Source: Desulfobacterales bacterium (lineage in GTDB: Bacteria > Desulfobacterota > Desulfobacteria > Desulfobacterales > UBA2174). Taken from it: a DNA stretch of 64,000 nucleotides. Positions 1 to 10,094 of the stretch are shown here, piece after piece; position 1 is the stretch's first letter; every line of letters begins with the position of its first letter. Under the pieces are notes generated by a model, which did not search any database, was not told the DNA's origin, and saw nothing but the letters and a program-made list of their open reading frames with translations. Position numbers and translations under genes: made by a program. The stretch lies in contig CAXXWC010000008.1 of assembly GCA_963668645.2 (NCBI GenBank), positions 32,001-96,000 of the forward strand. Reading direction: 5' to 3'.

Positions 1-22
1 AACCAAACTGAGCTACGCCCCC
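1..22 (-). tRNA. 5' part of a tRNA truncated by the window edge (anticodon not visible; possibly tRNA-Asp)
   Basis: Minus strand reads GGGGGCG-TA-GCTC-AGTTTGGTT (acceptor stem 5' half plus D-arm), 31 nt downstream of tRNA-Val. Asp is a guess from the common Val-Asp tandem. Confidence 0.7.
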
Positions 23-53
23 GCATGTTGACATCTTCACTTGGGAAAGTCTC

Positions 54-129
54 TGGTGGGCGGAACAGGGCTTGAACCTGTGACCCCCGGCTTGTAAGGC
101 CGGCGCTCTCCCAGCTGAGCTATCCGCCC
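54..129 (-). tRNA. tRNA-Val(TAC)
   Basis: Cloverleaf GGGCGGA...TCCGCCC-ACCA, anticodon arm CCGGC-CTTACAA-GCCGG, T-loop GTTCAAG, 76 nt, CCA encoded. Confidence 0.97.
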
Positions 130-172
130 GGCGCTACAGTCCCGGGAGGCGATCCCCCGTGAAGACTCGGCT

Positions 173-201
173 ACCTACCAATAAACGCCAACGCTTGTCA
201 A
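173..201 (-). promoter_or_regulatory. Putative sigma70 promoter for the tRNA-Val pair
   Basis: Perfect TTGACA at 201-196; weak -10 (GTAGGT/TAGGTA) 17-18 nt downstream. Confidence 0.4.
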
Positions 202-255
202 GCAAATTGTGGCCCTTCGGCAGCATGTTTTATCGACCGCCGTATTTCCACCTGC

Positions 256-2721
256 TCAATGGGTTAGCGAGGGCATATCCTCATCGCCGATGTCGCTCTC
301 GCCTCTGTCAATTCCATTGGGCGGCAGGGCAAATGAGATGTCGTTTTCCTTGAACAGGACGTCTCCTTCGGCCAGGATCATCGCATGGCTGAGCACTTCA
401 TCCATGTGTTCGACCATCACGATTTGGACCTGTTTCTGGATACTGCTCGGGATTTCCTTGATATCTTTCTCGTTTTCGCTGGGGATGAGCACTTTGCGGA
501 TTCCGCCGCGGTGGGCCGCCAGGATCTTTTCTTTGAGGCCGCCGATGGCAAGAACCCGGCCCCGCAAGGTGATTTCGCCGGTCATTGCGATGTCGCGATA
601 CACCGGCCTGCGGGTAAGGGCAGAAACCAGGGAAGTACACATCGAGATTCCTGCCGAAGGCCCGTCCTTGGGGATGGCCCCTTCCGGCACATGGATATGA
701 ATGTCGAAATGCTGGTAGAAGTTGGCGTCGATGCGCAGGCTCTGTGCCCGTGAGCGCACGTAGCTGACCGCTGCCTGGGCCGACTCCTTCATCACGTCGC
801 CCAGCTTGCCGGTGATGCTCAGCTTGCCGCGTCCGGGCATGATCAAGGTCTCGATGCACAGAAGCTCCCCGCCCACCTGGGTCCAGGCCAGACCTGTGAC
901 CAGACCCACTTGATCCTGCTCTTCAATCTGGCCGGGCTTGAAACGCCGTGGTCCAAGGTACTTCGTCACGCTCTGGGCCGTGACCCGGTAAGGTTTGCCG
1001 TTCTGGTCATTGACCACCTGGCGGGCGATTTTACGGCAGATCGAGGCGATTTCGCGTTCCAGATTGCGTACCCCTGCTTCGCGGGTGTACTGGCGGATAA
1101 TGGAATAGATGGCGTTTTTGGAAAAAGAGACGTCCTTGCCCTCCAGACCGTTGGCCTGGATCTGCTTGGTGACGAGAAACTCTTCGGCGATGTGGTACTT
1201 TTCGTATTCGGTATACCCGGGCAGGCGGATGATCTCCATGCGGTCCTGCAGCGGCAGGGGGATATCTGGCAAGGTGTTGGCCGTGGTGACGAACATGATA
1301 TCCGAAAGATCGTAATCCACATCCAGGTAGTGATCGTTGAAGCTGAAGTTCTGCTCCGGATCGAGGACCTCGAGAAGCGCGGCGGACGGATCGCCGCGAA
1401 AATCCATGCTCATCTTGTCGATTTCGTCCAGGCAAAAAACCGGATTGTTGACCCCTGCTTTTTTGAGGGACTGGATGATCTTGCCGGGCATGGCCCCGAT
1501 ATAGGTGCGCCGATGGCCGCGGATTTCGGCTTCGTCGCGTACCCCGCCCAGCGAGATGCGTACGAACTTGCGGCCGGTGGACCGGGCGATCGATTTTGCC
1601 AGAGAGGTTTTGCCTACTCCCGGCGGTCCCACGAAGCACAGGATCGGTCCGCGCACCTTGTCCATCAGGGCCTGGACCGCCAGGTACTCGATGATCCGCT
1701 CCTTGGGTTTTTCCAGCCCGTAGTGGTCCTCGTCCAGGATTTTTTCGGCCTCGCGGATGTCGTGCTTGACTTCCGTTTTTTCGTACCAGGGCAGCCCGAT
1801 GAGCCATTCGATGTAGTTGCGCACGACGGTGGCTTCGGCGCTCATGGGCGCCATGAGCTTGAGCTTGCGGAATTCGCGACGGATTTTTTCGGTCGCCTCT
1901 TCGCTCATCTGCTTGCTGTCGATCTCCTTTTCAAGCTCCTGGAGATCCTCCTGGCTGTCGTCCTCGGTGCCCATCTCCTTTTTGATGGCCCGCATCTGCT
2001 CGTTGAGATAGTAGTTGCGCTGGGTCTTTTCCATCTGTTCCTTGACCCGCTCCTTGATGCGCTTGTCCATCTCAAAGACTTCGATCTCCATGCGGATCAG
2101 GCTCAAGAGCAAAGAGAGGCGCTCCTCGATGTCCACCGCTTCGAGCAGACGCTGCTTGTCGGGAATGCGGAAGGAAAAATGGGCCGTAATCGTGTCGGCG
2201 AGCTTGGAGGGGTCGCCGATGGAAAGGACGTTGGCCACCAGGTCCTTATTGATATTCTTGCTGATCTTGCCGTATTCCTGAAAGGCCTCCTGCACCGCAC
2301 GGGTGGTGGCCAGGCGCACGGTCTCCTTCAGGGGCTCTTCGACCACCCGCTCGACTTCCACCGAAAAAAAGTCCTCTTCCCCCACGAAGCGCTGGATACG
2401 TGCCCGTGTTTCACCTTCCACCAGAGCCTTGACCGTGCCGTCGGGCAGTTTGAGCAGCTGCAACACCTTGCCGACGGTGCCCATCTCAGAGATGTCATCG
2501 GCTTCGGGGGTGTCGACGTTGGCCTTTTTCTGGGTGGCCAGAAAGACGCGTTTTTCCCGGTTCATGGCCTCGGCCAGGGCACTGACCGATTTTTTGCGTC
2601 CGACAAAAAGAGGTGCCACCATGTAGGGAAAAACCACGATGTCGCGCAGGGGTAGCAGTGGCAGGATCTCGGGAGGGGGAGCGTCTTCTGATGGGCGAAA
2701 AATCTTGGGAACGTGAATCAT
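256..2721 (-). CDS. lon: ATP-dependent protease La (Lon)
   Basis: [11 protein letters not shown]-domain, Walker [18 protein letters not shown], catalytic PKDGPSAG and IGGLKEK. ATG at 2721 preferred over TTG at 2772. Confidence 0.97.
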   Translation of the reverse strand: MIHVPKIFRPSEDAPPPEILPLLPLRDIVVFPYMVAPLFVGRKKSVSALAEAMNREKRVFLATQKKANVDTPEADDISEMGTVGKVLQLLKLPDGTVKALVEGETRARIQRFVGEEDFFSVEVERVVEEPLKETVRLATTRAVQEAFQEYGKISKNINKDLVANVLSIGDPSKLADTITAHFSFRIPDKQRLLEAVDIEERLSLLLSLIRMEIEVFEMDKRIKERVKEQMEKTQRNYYLNEQMRAIKKEMGTEDDSQEDLQELEKEIDSKQMSEEATEKIRREFRKLKLMAPMSAEATVVRNYIEWLIGLPWYEKTEVKHDIREAEKILDEDHYGLEKPKERIIEYLAVQALMDKVRGPILCFVGPPGVGKTSLAKSIARSTGRKFVRISLGGVRDEAEIRGHRRTYIGAMPGKIIQSLKKAGVNNPVFCLDEIDKMSMDFRGDPSAALLEVLDPEQNFSFNDHYLDVDYDLSDIMFVTTANTLPDIPLPLQDRMEIIRLPGYTEYEKYHIAEEFLVTKQIQANGLEGKDVSFSKNAIYSIIRQYTREAGVRNLEREIASICRKIARQVVNDQNGKPYRVTAQSVTKYLGPRRFKPGQIEEQDQVGLVTGLAWTQVGGELLCIETLIMPGRGKLSITGKLGDVMKESAQAAVSYVRSRAQSLRIDANFYQHFDIHIHVPEGAIPKDGPSAGISMCTSLVSALTRRPVYRDIAMTGEITLRGRVLAIGGLKEKILAAHRGGIRKVLIPSENEKDIKEIPSSIQKQVQIVMVEHMDEVLSHAMILAEGDVLFKENDISFALPPNGIDRGESDIGDEDMPSLTH

Positions 2722-2778
2722 GGCAACTCTCGGTTTCTGTTTAAGCGGCAAGACCTTGACGGATCGAACCAATCAGGG

Positions 2779-4020
2779 TCAGGCGTGCTTTTTAGTCGGC
2801 TCGTACAGCAGAATCGGATCCTCCTTGTGGAGGACCACGTCTTCGCTGATAACGCACTCCTTGACGTTGTCGATGGAGGGCAGATCGTACATGATGTCGA
2901 GCATGCAGGTTTCCAGAATCGCCCGCAGGCCGCGGGCACCGGACTTGCGGTTGACCGCCTCGCGGGCGATGGCCGACAAGGCGCTGTCCGTAAAGCGCAG
3001 GTTGACGCTTTCCATCTCGAAAAGCTTCTGGAACTGCTTGATCAGGGCGTTTTTAGGCTCTTTGAGAATACGAATCAGGCTTTCTTCGCTCAATTCATGC
3101 AGGGTAGCGATCACCGGCAGGCGTCCGAGAAATTCGGGAATCATGCCGTACTTGATCAGGTCCTCGGGTTCCAGCTGGCGCAACAATTCGCCGGTGGATT
3201 GATCGCGGCTTTCCTGGAGCTTGGCGCCGAAGCCCATAACCTTGTCACCGGCCCGCCGCTGGATGATTTTCTCAAGGCCGTTGAAGGTGCCCCCGCAGAT
3301 AAAAAGGATGTTGGAGGTGTCGACTTTGACAAAATCCTGCTGGGGGTGTTTGCGCCCGCCCTTGGGCGGTACGCTGGCGGTCGTCCCCTCGATGATCTTG
3401 AGCAAGGCCTGCTGCACGCCTTCGCCCGAAACATCCCGGGTGATGGATGGATTGTCGCCCCGGCTGGCGATCTTGTCGATTTCATCGATGTAAACGATGC
3501 CCCGTTTGGCCCGCTCCACATCGTAGTCTGCGTTTTGCAGCAGGCTAAGGATGATGTTTTCCACATCTTCACCCACATAGCCCGCCTCGGTAAGACTGGT
3601 GGCATCGGCGATGGTAAAGGGCACGTTGAGAAAGCGGGCCAGGGTTTGAGCCAGCAAAGTCTTGCCGCACCCGGTGGGACCGATGAGCAGGATGTTGCTC
3701 TTTTGAATCTCCACGTCACCGGCGGCTACGTTTGATGTCAGCCGTTTGTAATGATTGTAAACCGCCACGGCCAGGACCCGTTTGGCCGCTTCCTGCTCGA
3801 TGACGTATTCGTCGAGCATCCCTTTGATTTCCTTCGGGATCGGTGTGTGCTCGATGGACCTCGAATCCTGCTCGTTTTCCTCCTCAATGATCTCGCTGCA
3901 AAGCTGGATGCACTCATCGCAGATGTAGACGGCCGGGCCAGCGATCAATTTCTTGACATCCTTCTGGTTTTTGCCGCAGAAAGAACAGAAGAGGTTGTTT
4001 TCGTCGCCTTTCTTGCTCAT
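2779..4020 (-). CDS. clpX: Clp protease ATP-binding subunit ClpX
   Basis: Zn finger CSFC...[35 protein letters not shown] loop. Confidence 0.98.
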   Translation of the reverse strand: MSKKGDENNLFCSFCGKNQKDVKKLIAGPAVYICDECIQLCSEIIEEENEQDSRSIEHTPIPKEIKGMLDEYVIEQEAAKRVLAVAVYNHYKRLTSNVAAGDVEIQKSNILLIGPTGCGKTLLAQTLARFLNVPFTIADATSLTEAGYVGEDVENIILSLLQNADYDVERAKRGIVYIDEIDKIASRGDNPSITRDVSGEGVQQALLKIIEGTTASVPPKGGRKHPQQDFVKVDTSNILFICGGTFNGLEKIIQRRAGDKVMGFGAKLQESRDQSTGELLRQLEPEDLIKYGMIPEFLGRLPVIATLHELSEESLIRILKEPKNALIKQFQKLFEMESVNLRFTDSALSAIAREAVNRKSGARGLRAILETCMLDIMYDLPSIDNVKECVISEDVVLHKEDPILLYEPTKKHA

Positions 4021-4637
4021 TTCTCTGTCTCCGTGGCTTCGATCCGGAACAGGTCATCGCGGCTCGCCATTACATGGTCGACGATTCCGTAGGCCTTGGC
4101 TTCTTCACCGGACATGAAAAAATCGCGGTCGGTATCCCTTTGGATCTGATCCAGATCCCGTCCTGTGTGGTGCGACAGGATCTGGTTGAGATTGTCGCGG
4201 ATGCGCAAAATTTCTTTGGCCTGGATCGCAATGTCGGCGGCTTGCCCCTGAGAGCCGCCCAGGGGCTGGTGGATCAGGATGCGTGAGTTGGGCAGGGCGT
4301 AGCGTTTGCCCTTGGCCCCGGCCGACAGCAGTACTGCTCCCATGCTGGCCGCCTGGCCGAGGCAAACCGTGGCGATGTCCGGCTTGATGTACTGCATGGT
4401 ATCGTAGACCGCCAGCCCGGCGGTGACGATCCCTCCCGGTGAATTGATGTAAAAGTTGATATCCTTTTCCGGGTCTTCCGACTCGAGAAAGAGAAGCTGG
4501 GCGATGATCAGGTTGGCCACCTCGTCATTGATGGCCGTGCCCAGAAAGATGATCCGATCTTTGAGCAGGCGCGAATAGATATCATAAGCCCGTTCGCCAC
4601 GACTGCTCTGTTCGATGACCATGGGTATCAGCGGCAC
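4017..4637 (-). CDS. clpP: Clp protease proteolytic subunit ClpP
   Basis: [18 protein letters not shown], catalytic AASMG and IHQP; GTG start with AGGAGG RBS. Confidence 0.98.
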   Translation of the reverse strand: MPLIPMVIEQSSRGERAYDIYSRLLKDRIIFLGTAINDEVANLIIAQLLFLESEDPEKDINFYINSPGGIVTAGLAVYDTMQYIKPDIATVCLGQAASMGAVLLSAGAKGKRYALPNSRILIHQPLGGSQGQAADIAIQAKEILRIRDNLNQILSHHTGRDLDQIQRDTDRDFFMSGEEAKAYGIVDHVMASRDDLFRIEATETEK

Positions 4638-4753
4638 GCCGTCCTCCTTACTTTAAGAAATACTGCCGGTATCAGCGGATTGACGGTTGCACCCGCATTC
4701 CGCATTTCCGACGACGCGTGTGATGTTTTGCCGTTAATCTTCGAGTAGGCGCC

Positions 4754-6076
4754 TCATTGCGAGTCCGGAACCGGATCGCTTTGGGGCTCCACGAGTTCGA
4801 TTTGACTGTTGTCCATTATAAGCTTGATGGCTTCTTTTTCAAGTAGAGCGTGCTTGAAGCCGTCGAGCCGTTCGGGATTCTGGCTGTAGTAGGCTTTGAT
4901 TCCCTCCAGGGGTTGATTGTAGGACTGGGCGATTTGCGCCATGCCGGCATCGATGGCTTCATCCGAAAGGTCCAGGCTCTCCTGGCGGATGATCTTGTCC
5001 AGGATCAGGTGGCGGCGTACCTGGTGCTCGGCCGTGGGACGGTACCTTTCCTGGAACCGCTCCCGGGTCAGTCCAACCTGTTCGAAAGTCATGTTTTGGT
5101 AGCTGAAACTGCGTTCGGCATCTTCGATGATGGCGTTGAGTTCGTGTTCCACCAGGGTTTCGGGAAGATCGAAATCGGTCCGCTCGATCAGCGCCTTGAA
5201 GATCTGTTCGTTGAGTTCCTGTTCGGCGCGTTTGGTGTAGCCGGAGGCCAGGTTGCCACGGATCGCCTCTGTGAGCTGAGCCAGGTCCTGATAGGGGCCG
5301 AGCTTCTGGGCCATGGCATCGTCGATGGGCGGCAGCTCTTCGATGCGGATCTCCTTGATGGTCACCTGAAAGAGGATTGATTTGCCGGCCAGCTTGGGAT
5401 TGAAGCAATCACCAGGAAAATCGACATTGATTTCGAGCTGTTCCCCGGCCTTGCGGCCCACCAGCTGGGCATCGAAATCCTTGTGGATGGTGCCGTCACC
5501 CACCTTGACGGTAAAGTCCTCGGTGGGCGCAGCTTCCTGGTAGGGTTTGCCCTGCCAGAAGCCGGCATAGTCCACGATGACGAAATCACCTTCCTGCACC
5601 GGACGGTCTTCCTCAACGGGCTTGCGCGCAGCCAGGTTACGCTGCAGCATGCCCAGCTGGGCCTCGATTTCACCCTCACTGACCTTGTAGTCGGTTTTTT
5701 TCAACGTCAGCCCTTTGAAAGGGATGTCGGCGATCTCGGGCTTGATTTCAAATACCGCATCGAATTTGTATGCGGCATCGGCGGCCAGCTCAGGTGGATC
5801 GACCTTGGGCGTGCCAAGGATCGGCAACTGGCTGTCTTTCAAGGCTTCCAAAAGGGTTTCCTGGATGAGGCGGCCGGCCACATCGGCATGCACCTCTTTT
5901 TTATAGAGACGTTCGATTACGTTGCGCGGGGCCTTGCCCTGACGAAAGCCCTTGATGCGGGCGGTGCGTCGAATCTCGTTGTAGGCCTTGTCCAATTCAC
6001 GGGTCACGTCGGCCGCGGGGATTTCCAGGTGCATTACTTTTTTGACGCTGTTCAGATCTTCAACCGTCACGTTCAT
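4754..6076 (-). CDS. tig: Trigger factor
   Basis: GFRQGKAP ribosome-binding signature, FKBP-like domain, tig-clpP-clpX-lon synteny; start at ATG 6076. Confidence 0.96.
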   Translation of the reverse strand: MNVTVEDLNSVKKVMHLEIPAADVTRELDKAYNEIRRTARIKGFRQGKAPRNVIERLYKKEVHADVAGRLIQETLLEALKDSQLPILGTPKVDPPELAADAAYKFDAVFEIKPEIADIPFKGLTLKKTDYKVSEGEIEAQLGMLQRNLAARKPVEEDRPVQEGDFVIVDYAGFWQGKPYQEAAPTEDFTVKVGDGTIHKDFDAQLVGRKAGEQLEINVDFPGDCFNPKLAGKSILFQVTIKEIRIEELPPIDDAMAQKLGPYQDLAQLTEAIRGNLASGYTKRAEQELNEQIFKALIERTDFDLPETLVEHELNAIIEDAERSFSYQNMTFEQVGLTRERFQERYRPTAEHQVRRHLILDKIIRQESLDLSDEAIDAGMAQIAQSYNQPLEGIKAYYSQNPERLDGFKHALLEKEAIKLIMDNSQIELVEPQSDPVPDSQ

Positions 6077-6173
6077 CGTTTTCCTTTCCAGGACGTCCGC
6101 AGTGGGCGTCCGCCACAAAATGTAAGTGCCTGAGGGGTGTAATTCCCTTCAGGCATTTGAAATAACGTCCAAA

Positions 6174-6260
6174 TGGTGCGAGAGGGGAGACTCGAACTCC
6201 CATTCTGTCGCCAGAGCTGGATCCTAAGTCCAGTGCGTCTACCAGTTCCGCCACTCTCGC
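6174..6260 (-). tRNA. tRNA-Leu(TAG)
   Basis: GCGAGAG...CTCTCGC-ACCA, anticodon arm CTGGA-CTTAGGA-TCCAG, long variable arm, 87 nt; usual position upstream of tig. Confidence 0.97.
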
Positions 6261-6315
6261 CGTAATTTCTGGGCAAATGCCCAATATCATTAATACTTCA
6301 AAAATATTCAGGCCA

Positions 6316-6345
6316 AACATAGGACGTTTTCAGGCAATGTGTCAA
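6316..6345 (-). promoter_or_regulatory. Putative sigma70 promoter for tRNA-Leu/tig
   Basis: TTGACA-N18-TATGTT on the minus strand. Confidence 0.6.
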
Positions 6346-6435
6346 GGTCTAAGGCGGATCAAATTCGGTGAACTGAATCACAATCCCTTGAAGCACGATT
6401 TCAGGCGTGTTAATGAGGGGACGAAAATTTCGTTT

Positions 6436-6512
6436 CGGGGCGTGGCGCAGCCTGGTAGCGCACCTGCTTTGGGAGCAGGGAGCCGGAGGTTCAAATCCTC
6501 TCGCCCCGACCA
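6436..6512 (+). tRNA. tRNA-Pro(TGG)
   Basis: CGGGGCG...CGCCCCG-ACCA, anticodon arm CCTGC-TTTGGGA-GCAGG, T-loop GTTCAAAT, 77 nt. Confidence 0.97.
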
Positions 6513-6521
6513 GTGACAGTG

Positions 6522-6552
6522 AAGGGCCGCGGCAAATGCCGCGGCCCTTTTT
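6522..6552 (+). terminator. Intrinsic terminator after tRNA-Pro
   Basis: AAGGGCCGCGGCA-AA-TGCCGCGGCCCTT stem followed by a T-run. Confidence 0.85.
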
Positions 6553-6655
6553 CCTTTATCATTCGACCGCGACTCAAGCATCCGCGCCGGAAAATGCCAC
6601 TGCCGCTGTGGCCCTGGGAAGAAAGGCGGTTATTATCCGGCCATGGCTCGGCGTT

Positions 6656-8431
6656 TCAGAAAGGCCAGATCAGCGGGATAAGGACCGTCCCCATGGCCAG
6701 GATGATGAGGTTCAGGGGGATGCCCAGTTTGAGAAAGTCGGAAAAACGGTAGTTGCCCGGGCCGTAAACCAGCAGGTTGGTTTGGTAGCCGATGGGAGTG
6801 GCAAAGCAGGCGCTGGCGCCAAAACAGACGGCAATGATAAAGGGCTTGGGATCGACGCCGAGGCCGGCGGCGGTGGAGACCGCGATGGGTAGCAAAAGCG
6901 CGGCCGTTGCGTTGTTGCTCAAGATCTGGGTGGAAATGCTGGTCAGCAAAAGAAAGCCCCCCAGGATCGCCGTGGGCCCCATGCCGCTAAATAGCTCCAA
7001 AAACAGCTCGGCGTAGAGCCGGCTGGCGCCGCTTTTTTCCATGGCCGTGCCCAGGGCGATGGCACCGGCGATGAGAATCAAGACATCGGCCTGCATGGCG
7101 CGGTAGGCATCGCGAAGCTGGATACAGCCGGACCGGATCATCAGAAAAACGGCGGCCATGGCGCAGACCATGATGTCTGCCAGCCCCGTGGTGGCCGCGA
7201 CCACCAGGCCGAGAAAAATCAGACCGGCCCACAGGGCTTTGGACTTGTGGATAATTTCGTGGTGCACGTCCTCGACCACGATGACTTCACCTCCGCCACG
7301 CATTTCTTCCAGACACCCCTGCGGGCAGCGCACCAGCAGGATATCGCCGGTTTTCAGTCTTACGTCGCGCATATTTTGCTCGGTGTAGTGCAACCGGCTG
7401 CGGCGAATGGCGATCACATGCAGCCCGGGCTCCTTGAACAGGCGTGACTCCACCAGCCGCTGGCCCTGCAGCGAGGATCCGGGAGGGATGATCAGCTCTA
7501 CGATCAGCGTTTCCCTGGCTGTGCGTTCGGGATCGAAGATCCCCTGCTGCGTGGGAGGCAGTTCCACCCCGTTTTCGTGCAAGACTGCCACCAGGTCGTT
7601 GGCCGAGGCTTTGACCAGCAAAAGATCGTCGGCGGCAAGAACCACCGGATCCCGGCCGGGAACGAATACATGCGAGTAGCGGACCAGCTCCACCACTTCC
7701 AGGCTGGCAAAGCGTTCGGCAAAGGCGGCCCCGGGGGCCAGTCCCACCAGGGGGCTGCCGCGCGGGATGCTCAGCTCAGCGAGGTATCGCCGGTGCGGGG
7801 CATCGTGTTCGCAGACCACGCTTGCCAGGTTGGGCATCAGGCGAGGCGTGGCCAGATAGATAAAGGTCAGGCCCACCACGGCGATGGGCACCCCGAGGCG
7901 GGCCAATTCGAACATCCCCAGGGGGCCGAAGCCGTAAGCGGCGCTCAGGTCCGAAACGATGATATTGGTCGAGGTGCCGATCAGGGTGCAGGTGCCGGCC
8001 AGGATCGAGGCGTAGCTGAGGGGAATCAGGTAACGCGACGGGCTTTGGCCGAACTCGCAGCCCAAGGACATGACCACCGGGATGAAGAGCACCACTACCG
8101 GGGTGTTGTTGATAAAGGCTGAGGCCAACGCTGCAATGCCCAGCACCAGCAGGAAAGCCCGCCTTTCGCTGCCCCGGGCCCAATGGATCACCCGCGCACC
8201 GATGAACCCCACCGCCCCGGTGCGTATCATGGCCTGGCTGACGATGAACATCGCCCCGATAGTGATCACCGCCGGATTGGCAAACCCGGCGGCCGCCTCG
8301 GCCGGGGAAAGAACACCGCAGAGGGCCAGCGCCACCATGATCCCGATGGCCGTCAGGTCCACCGGAAGCCTCTCGGTGATCAGCAGCACCAGGGTGGCCA
8401 GCAGGATGAGGGTGACGATGGTGACGGTCAT
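6656..8431 (-). CDS. SLC13/CitMHS-family permease with two TrkA-C domains
   Basis: Hydrophobic N- and C-terminal halves with SAFINNT, GTSTN, ILSNNA, TPIGYQTN motifs flanking soluble TrkA-C repeats. Confidence 0.88.
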   Translation of the reverse strand: MTVTIVTLILLATLVLLITERLPVDLTAIGIMVALALCGVLSPAEAAAGFANPAVITIGAMFIVSQAMIRTGAVGFIGARVIHWARGSERRAFLLVLGIAALASAFINNTPVVVLFIPVVMSLGCEFGQSPSRYLIPLSYASILAGTCTLIGTSTNIIVSDLSAAYGFGPLGMFELARLGVPIAVVGLTFIYLATPRLMPNLASVVCEHDAPHRRYLAELSIPRGSPLVGLAPGAAFAERFASLEVVELVRYSHVFVPGRDPVVLAADDLLLVKASANDLVAVLHENGVELPPTQQGIFDPERTARETLIVELIIPPGSSLQGQRLVESRLFKEPGLHVIAIRRSRLHYTEQNMRDVRLKTGDILLVRCPQGCLEEMRGGGEVIVVEDVHHEIIHKSKALWAGLIFLGLVVAATTGLADIMVCAMAAVFLMIRSGCIQLRDAYRAMQADVLILIAGAIALGTAMEKSGASRLYAELFLELFSGMGPTAILGGFLLLTSISTQILSNNATAALLLPIAVSTAAGLGVDPKPFIIAVCFGASACFATPIGYQTNLLVYGPGNYRFSDFLKLGIPLNLIILAMGTVLIPLIWPF

Positions 8432-8536
8432 GGCAGGCTCAAGGAAGGTTGTGGCACTCGAAAAAGCTCGGGCAAGGACTTTGTATCCGCCAGGCCGGTC
8501 TGGCAGGTGCGGTTCGGTTTCCGTCTTGGGATCCGC

Positions 8537-9646
8537 TCAAATCCAGACGAGTTTGTATTGCCGCGAACCGAGCTTCATTTTTTCAGCATAGGCCAATTGA
8601 TGGGTCCAGTCCACCTCGGGGTAGACCCCGCGAAATTTGTCCTGCCCGGGGCCTTGGTTGATCTTGAGGGCCGATGTGGGCAGGGCCGTTTCGGCATTGA
8701 TCAGGTCCACGGCGGCCTGGTCGATGGCCACCGGGTCGGTGGACGCCAGGATGCCGATGTCGCGTACGATGGGGGCGTCGTTGAATGGCAGGCAATCGCA
8801 GCCGGGCGAGACGCTGGTGACAAAGTTGATGAAAAAGGCTTTTTTGCGCTTGTTTTGCAGTACCCCGGCAGTATATTCGACCATGTTTTCCATGAAAACC
8901 GGAACACTTTGATTCCAGGCGATCTGAATAGCCCCGTTGGGGCAGATCAGGATGCACTCGCCGCAGCCGATACAGCGGCTGTCGTCCATGAGCGCCTTTT
9001 TTCCCGCCAGGGACAGGGCGCGCCGGCTGCAGTGGGCCACGCACTCGCCGCAACCCACACATCTTTTTTTCTTGATCGTCGGGTGCACGGTGGAATGCTG
9101 GGCCAGCTTGCCGCGCCTTGAAGCGCAACCCATACCCAAATTCTTGATCGTTTCGCCGAATCCGGCCAGTTCGTGCCCCTTGACGTGCGCCACCGAGATC
9201 AGGGCGTCGGATTCGACGATTTCAACGCCGATGAAAACCTCTTCGAATCGCCGGCCTTTTATGCGCACCGCACACTCGCTGCGGCCCCGCAGTCCGTCGG
9301 CGATGATCAAAGGGGCGTCCACCACCGCAAAGTCAAATCCGTTACGGATGGCGGTCATCAAGTGGTGGGGCGAATCGCCCCGGGTGCCGGCATAGAGGGT
9401 GTTGGCGTCGGTGAGAAACGGCTCGCCGCCGGCGCTCCGGACCGCATCGACGATGCGGCGTAAAAATACCGGCCGGATAAAGGCCACGTTGCCCGTTTCA
9501 CCGAAGTGCAACTTGACGGCCACCAGATCCCGGCGATCAATGGTTCTGGCCATCCCGGCCCGTTCCATCAGCCGGCCGAGTTTCTGGAGCAGATTTTCCT
9601 TCCATGCGGCCGAAAGATCCATTCCATAAACAGTGCTGGTTTTCAT
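8537..9646 (-). CDS. DUF362 domain protein with 2x[4Fe-4S] ferredoxin domain
   Basis: KLHFGE, TDANTLY, HVKGH...IKNLGMGC, plus CVGCGECVAHC and CIGCGECILIC. ATG at 9646 with AGGAGAAAGGA RBS; the upstream ORF extension is non-coding-like. Confidence 0.88.
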   Translation of the reverse strand: MKTSTVYGMDLSAAWKENLLQKLGRLMERAGMARTIDRRDLVAVKLHFGETGNVAFIRPVFLRRIVDAVRSAGGEPFLTDANTLYAGTRGDSPHHLMTAIRNGFDFAVVDAPLIIADGLRGRSECAVRIKGRRFEEVFIGVEIVESDALISVAHVKGHELAGFGETIKNLGMGCASRRGKLAQHSTVHPTIKKKRCVGCGECVAHCSRRALSLAGKKALMDDSRCIGCGECILICPNGAIQIAWNQSVPVFMENMVEYTAGVLQNKRKKAFFINFVTSVSPGCDCLPFNDAPIVRDIGILASTDPVAIDQAAVDLINAETALPTSALKINQGPGQDKFRGVYPEVDWTHQLAYAEKMKLGSRQYKLVWI

Positions 9647-9758
9647 GCGGGGATTTCCTTTCTCCTGGCGATATTTTTCGCCGCCATCAGGCAAACGGCG
9701 CGCAACTCCAACGCGGCGGTCCAACGGCGTCGAGCCTTGGTCGAATCGATATCGGTTT

Positions 9759-9886
9759 GAGAAGGGAGGGGGGAGGCTGCCGCGGAATGTTCCCAACCGG
9801 TGGGCACATCCCGCGACAGTCTCGAGGGAAGGAGGAGAGGATATAGAAATTCGGAATGATGGCGTTGATTGCGCTTCCGAATTGCC
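9759..9886 (-). ncRNA. Candidate structured small RNA or 5' leader with CU-rich (anti-SD) tracts
   Basis: Starts at the predicted +1 of a sigma54 promoter; 9-bp stem (9883-9848), UCCUCUCCUCCUUCCCUC tract, 23-bp imperfect stem (9823-9773), second CU tract. No family recognised. Confidence 0.5.
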
Positions 9887-9896
9887 AAGTTGTATA

Positions 9897-9913
9897 AGCA
9901 ATTGAAATGCCAA
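9897..9913 (-). promoter_or_regulatory. Sigma54 (-24/-12) promoter
   Basis: TTGGCATTTCAATTGCT: GG-N10-GC with TTGC at -12; AT-rich tract upstream. Confidence 0.7.
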
Positions 9914-10094
9914 GTGTCTGGATTATTTTGTAAGATTTGCGTAACATATAGAAAAATTTAATAATAAAATATTTTTGAGCCGCTTGCAGGGCTTGTCAAC
10001 GTTCGCGAAGTCCGTGCCATGAAGTATCAAGACATGTCTCAAGCCGTTCAAAATGTGTCAACCGTTTATGACAGTGTGTCAAAAAGTGGACGTT

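Noticed and set aside
910..2655. Long antisense ORFs (also 2713-3735, 15114-16556, 29729-31642, 43882-45519, 49739-51994, 57142-59055, 62258-64000)
   Set aside because: They shadow well-supported genes on the opposite strand, carry no motifs, and are expected from high-GC codon bias.
6123..6158. Hairpin between tRNA-Leu and tig as a novel RNA
   Set aside because: A simple TGCCTGA/TCAGGCA stem, adequately explained as a processing or attenuation hairpin.
6436..6660. tRNA-Pro (or Val/Leu) as an island integration site
   Set aside because: No integrase and no duplicated tRNA 3' end noticed; a normal terminator follows.
9647..9913. 89-aa N-terminal extension of the DUF362 ORF
   Set aside because: It overlaps the sigma54 motif and RNA hairpins; the RBS and family N-terminus point to ATG 9646.
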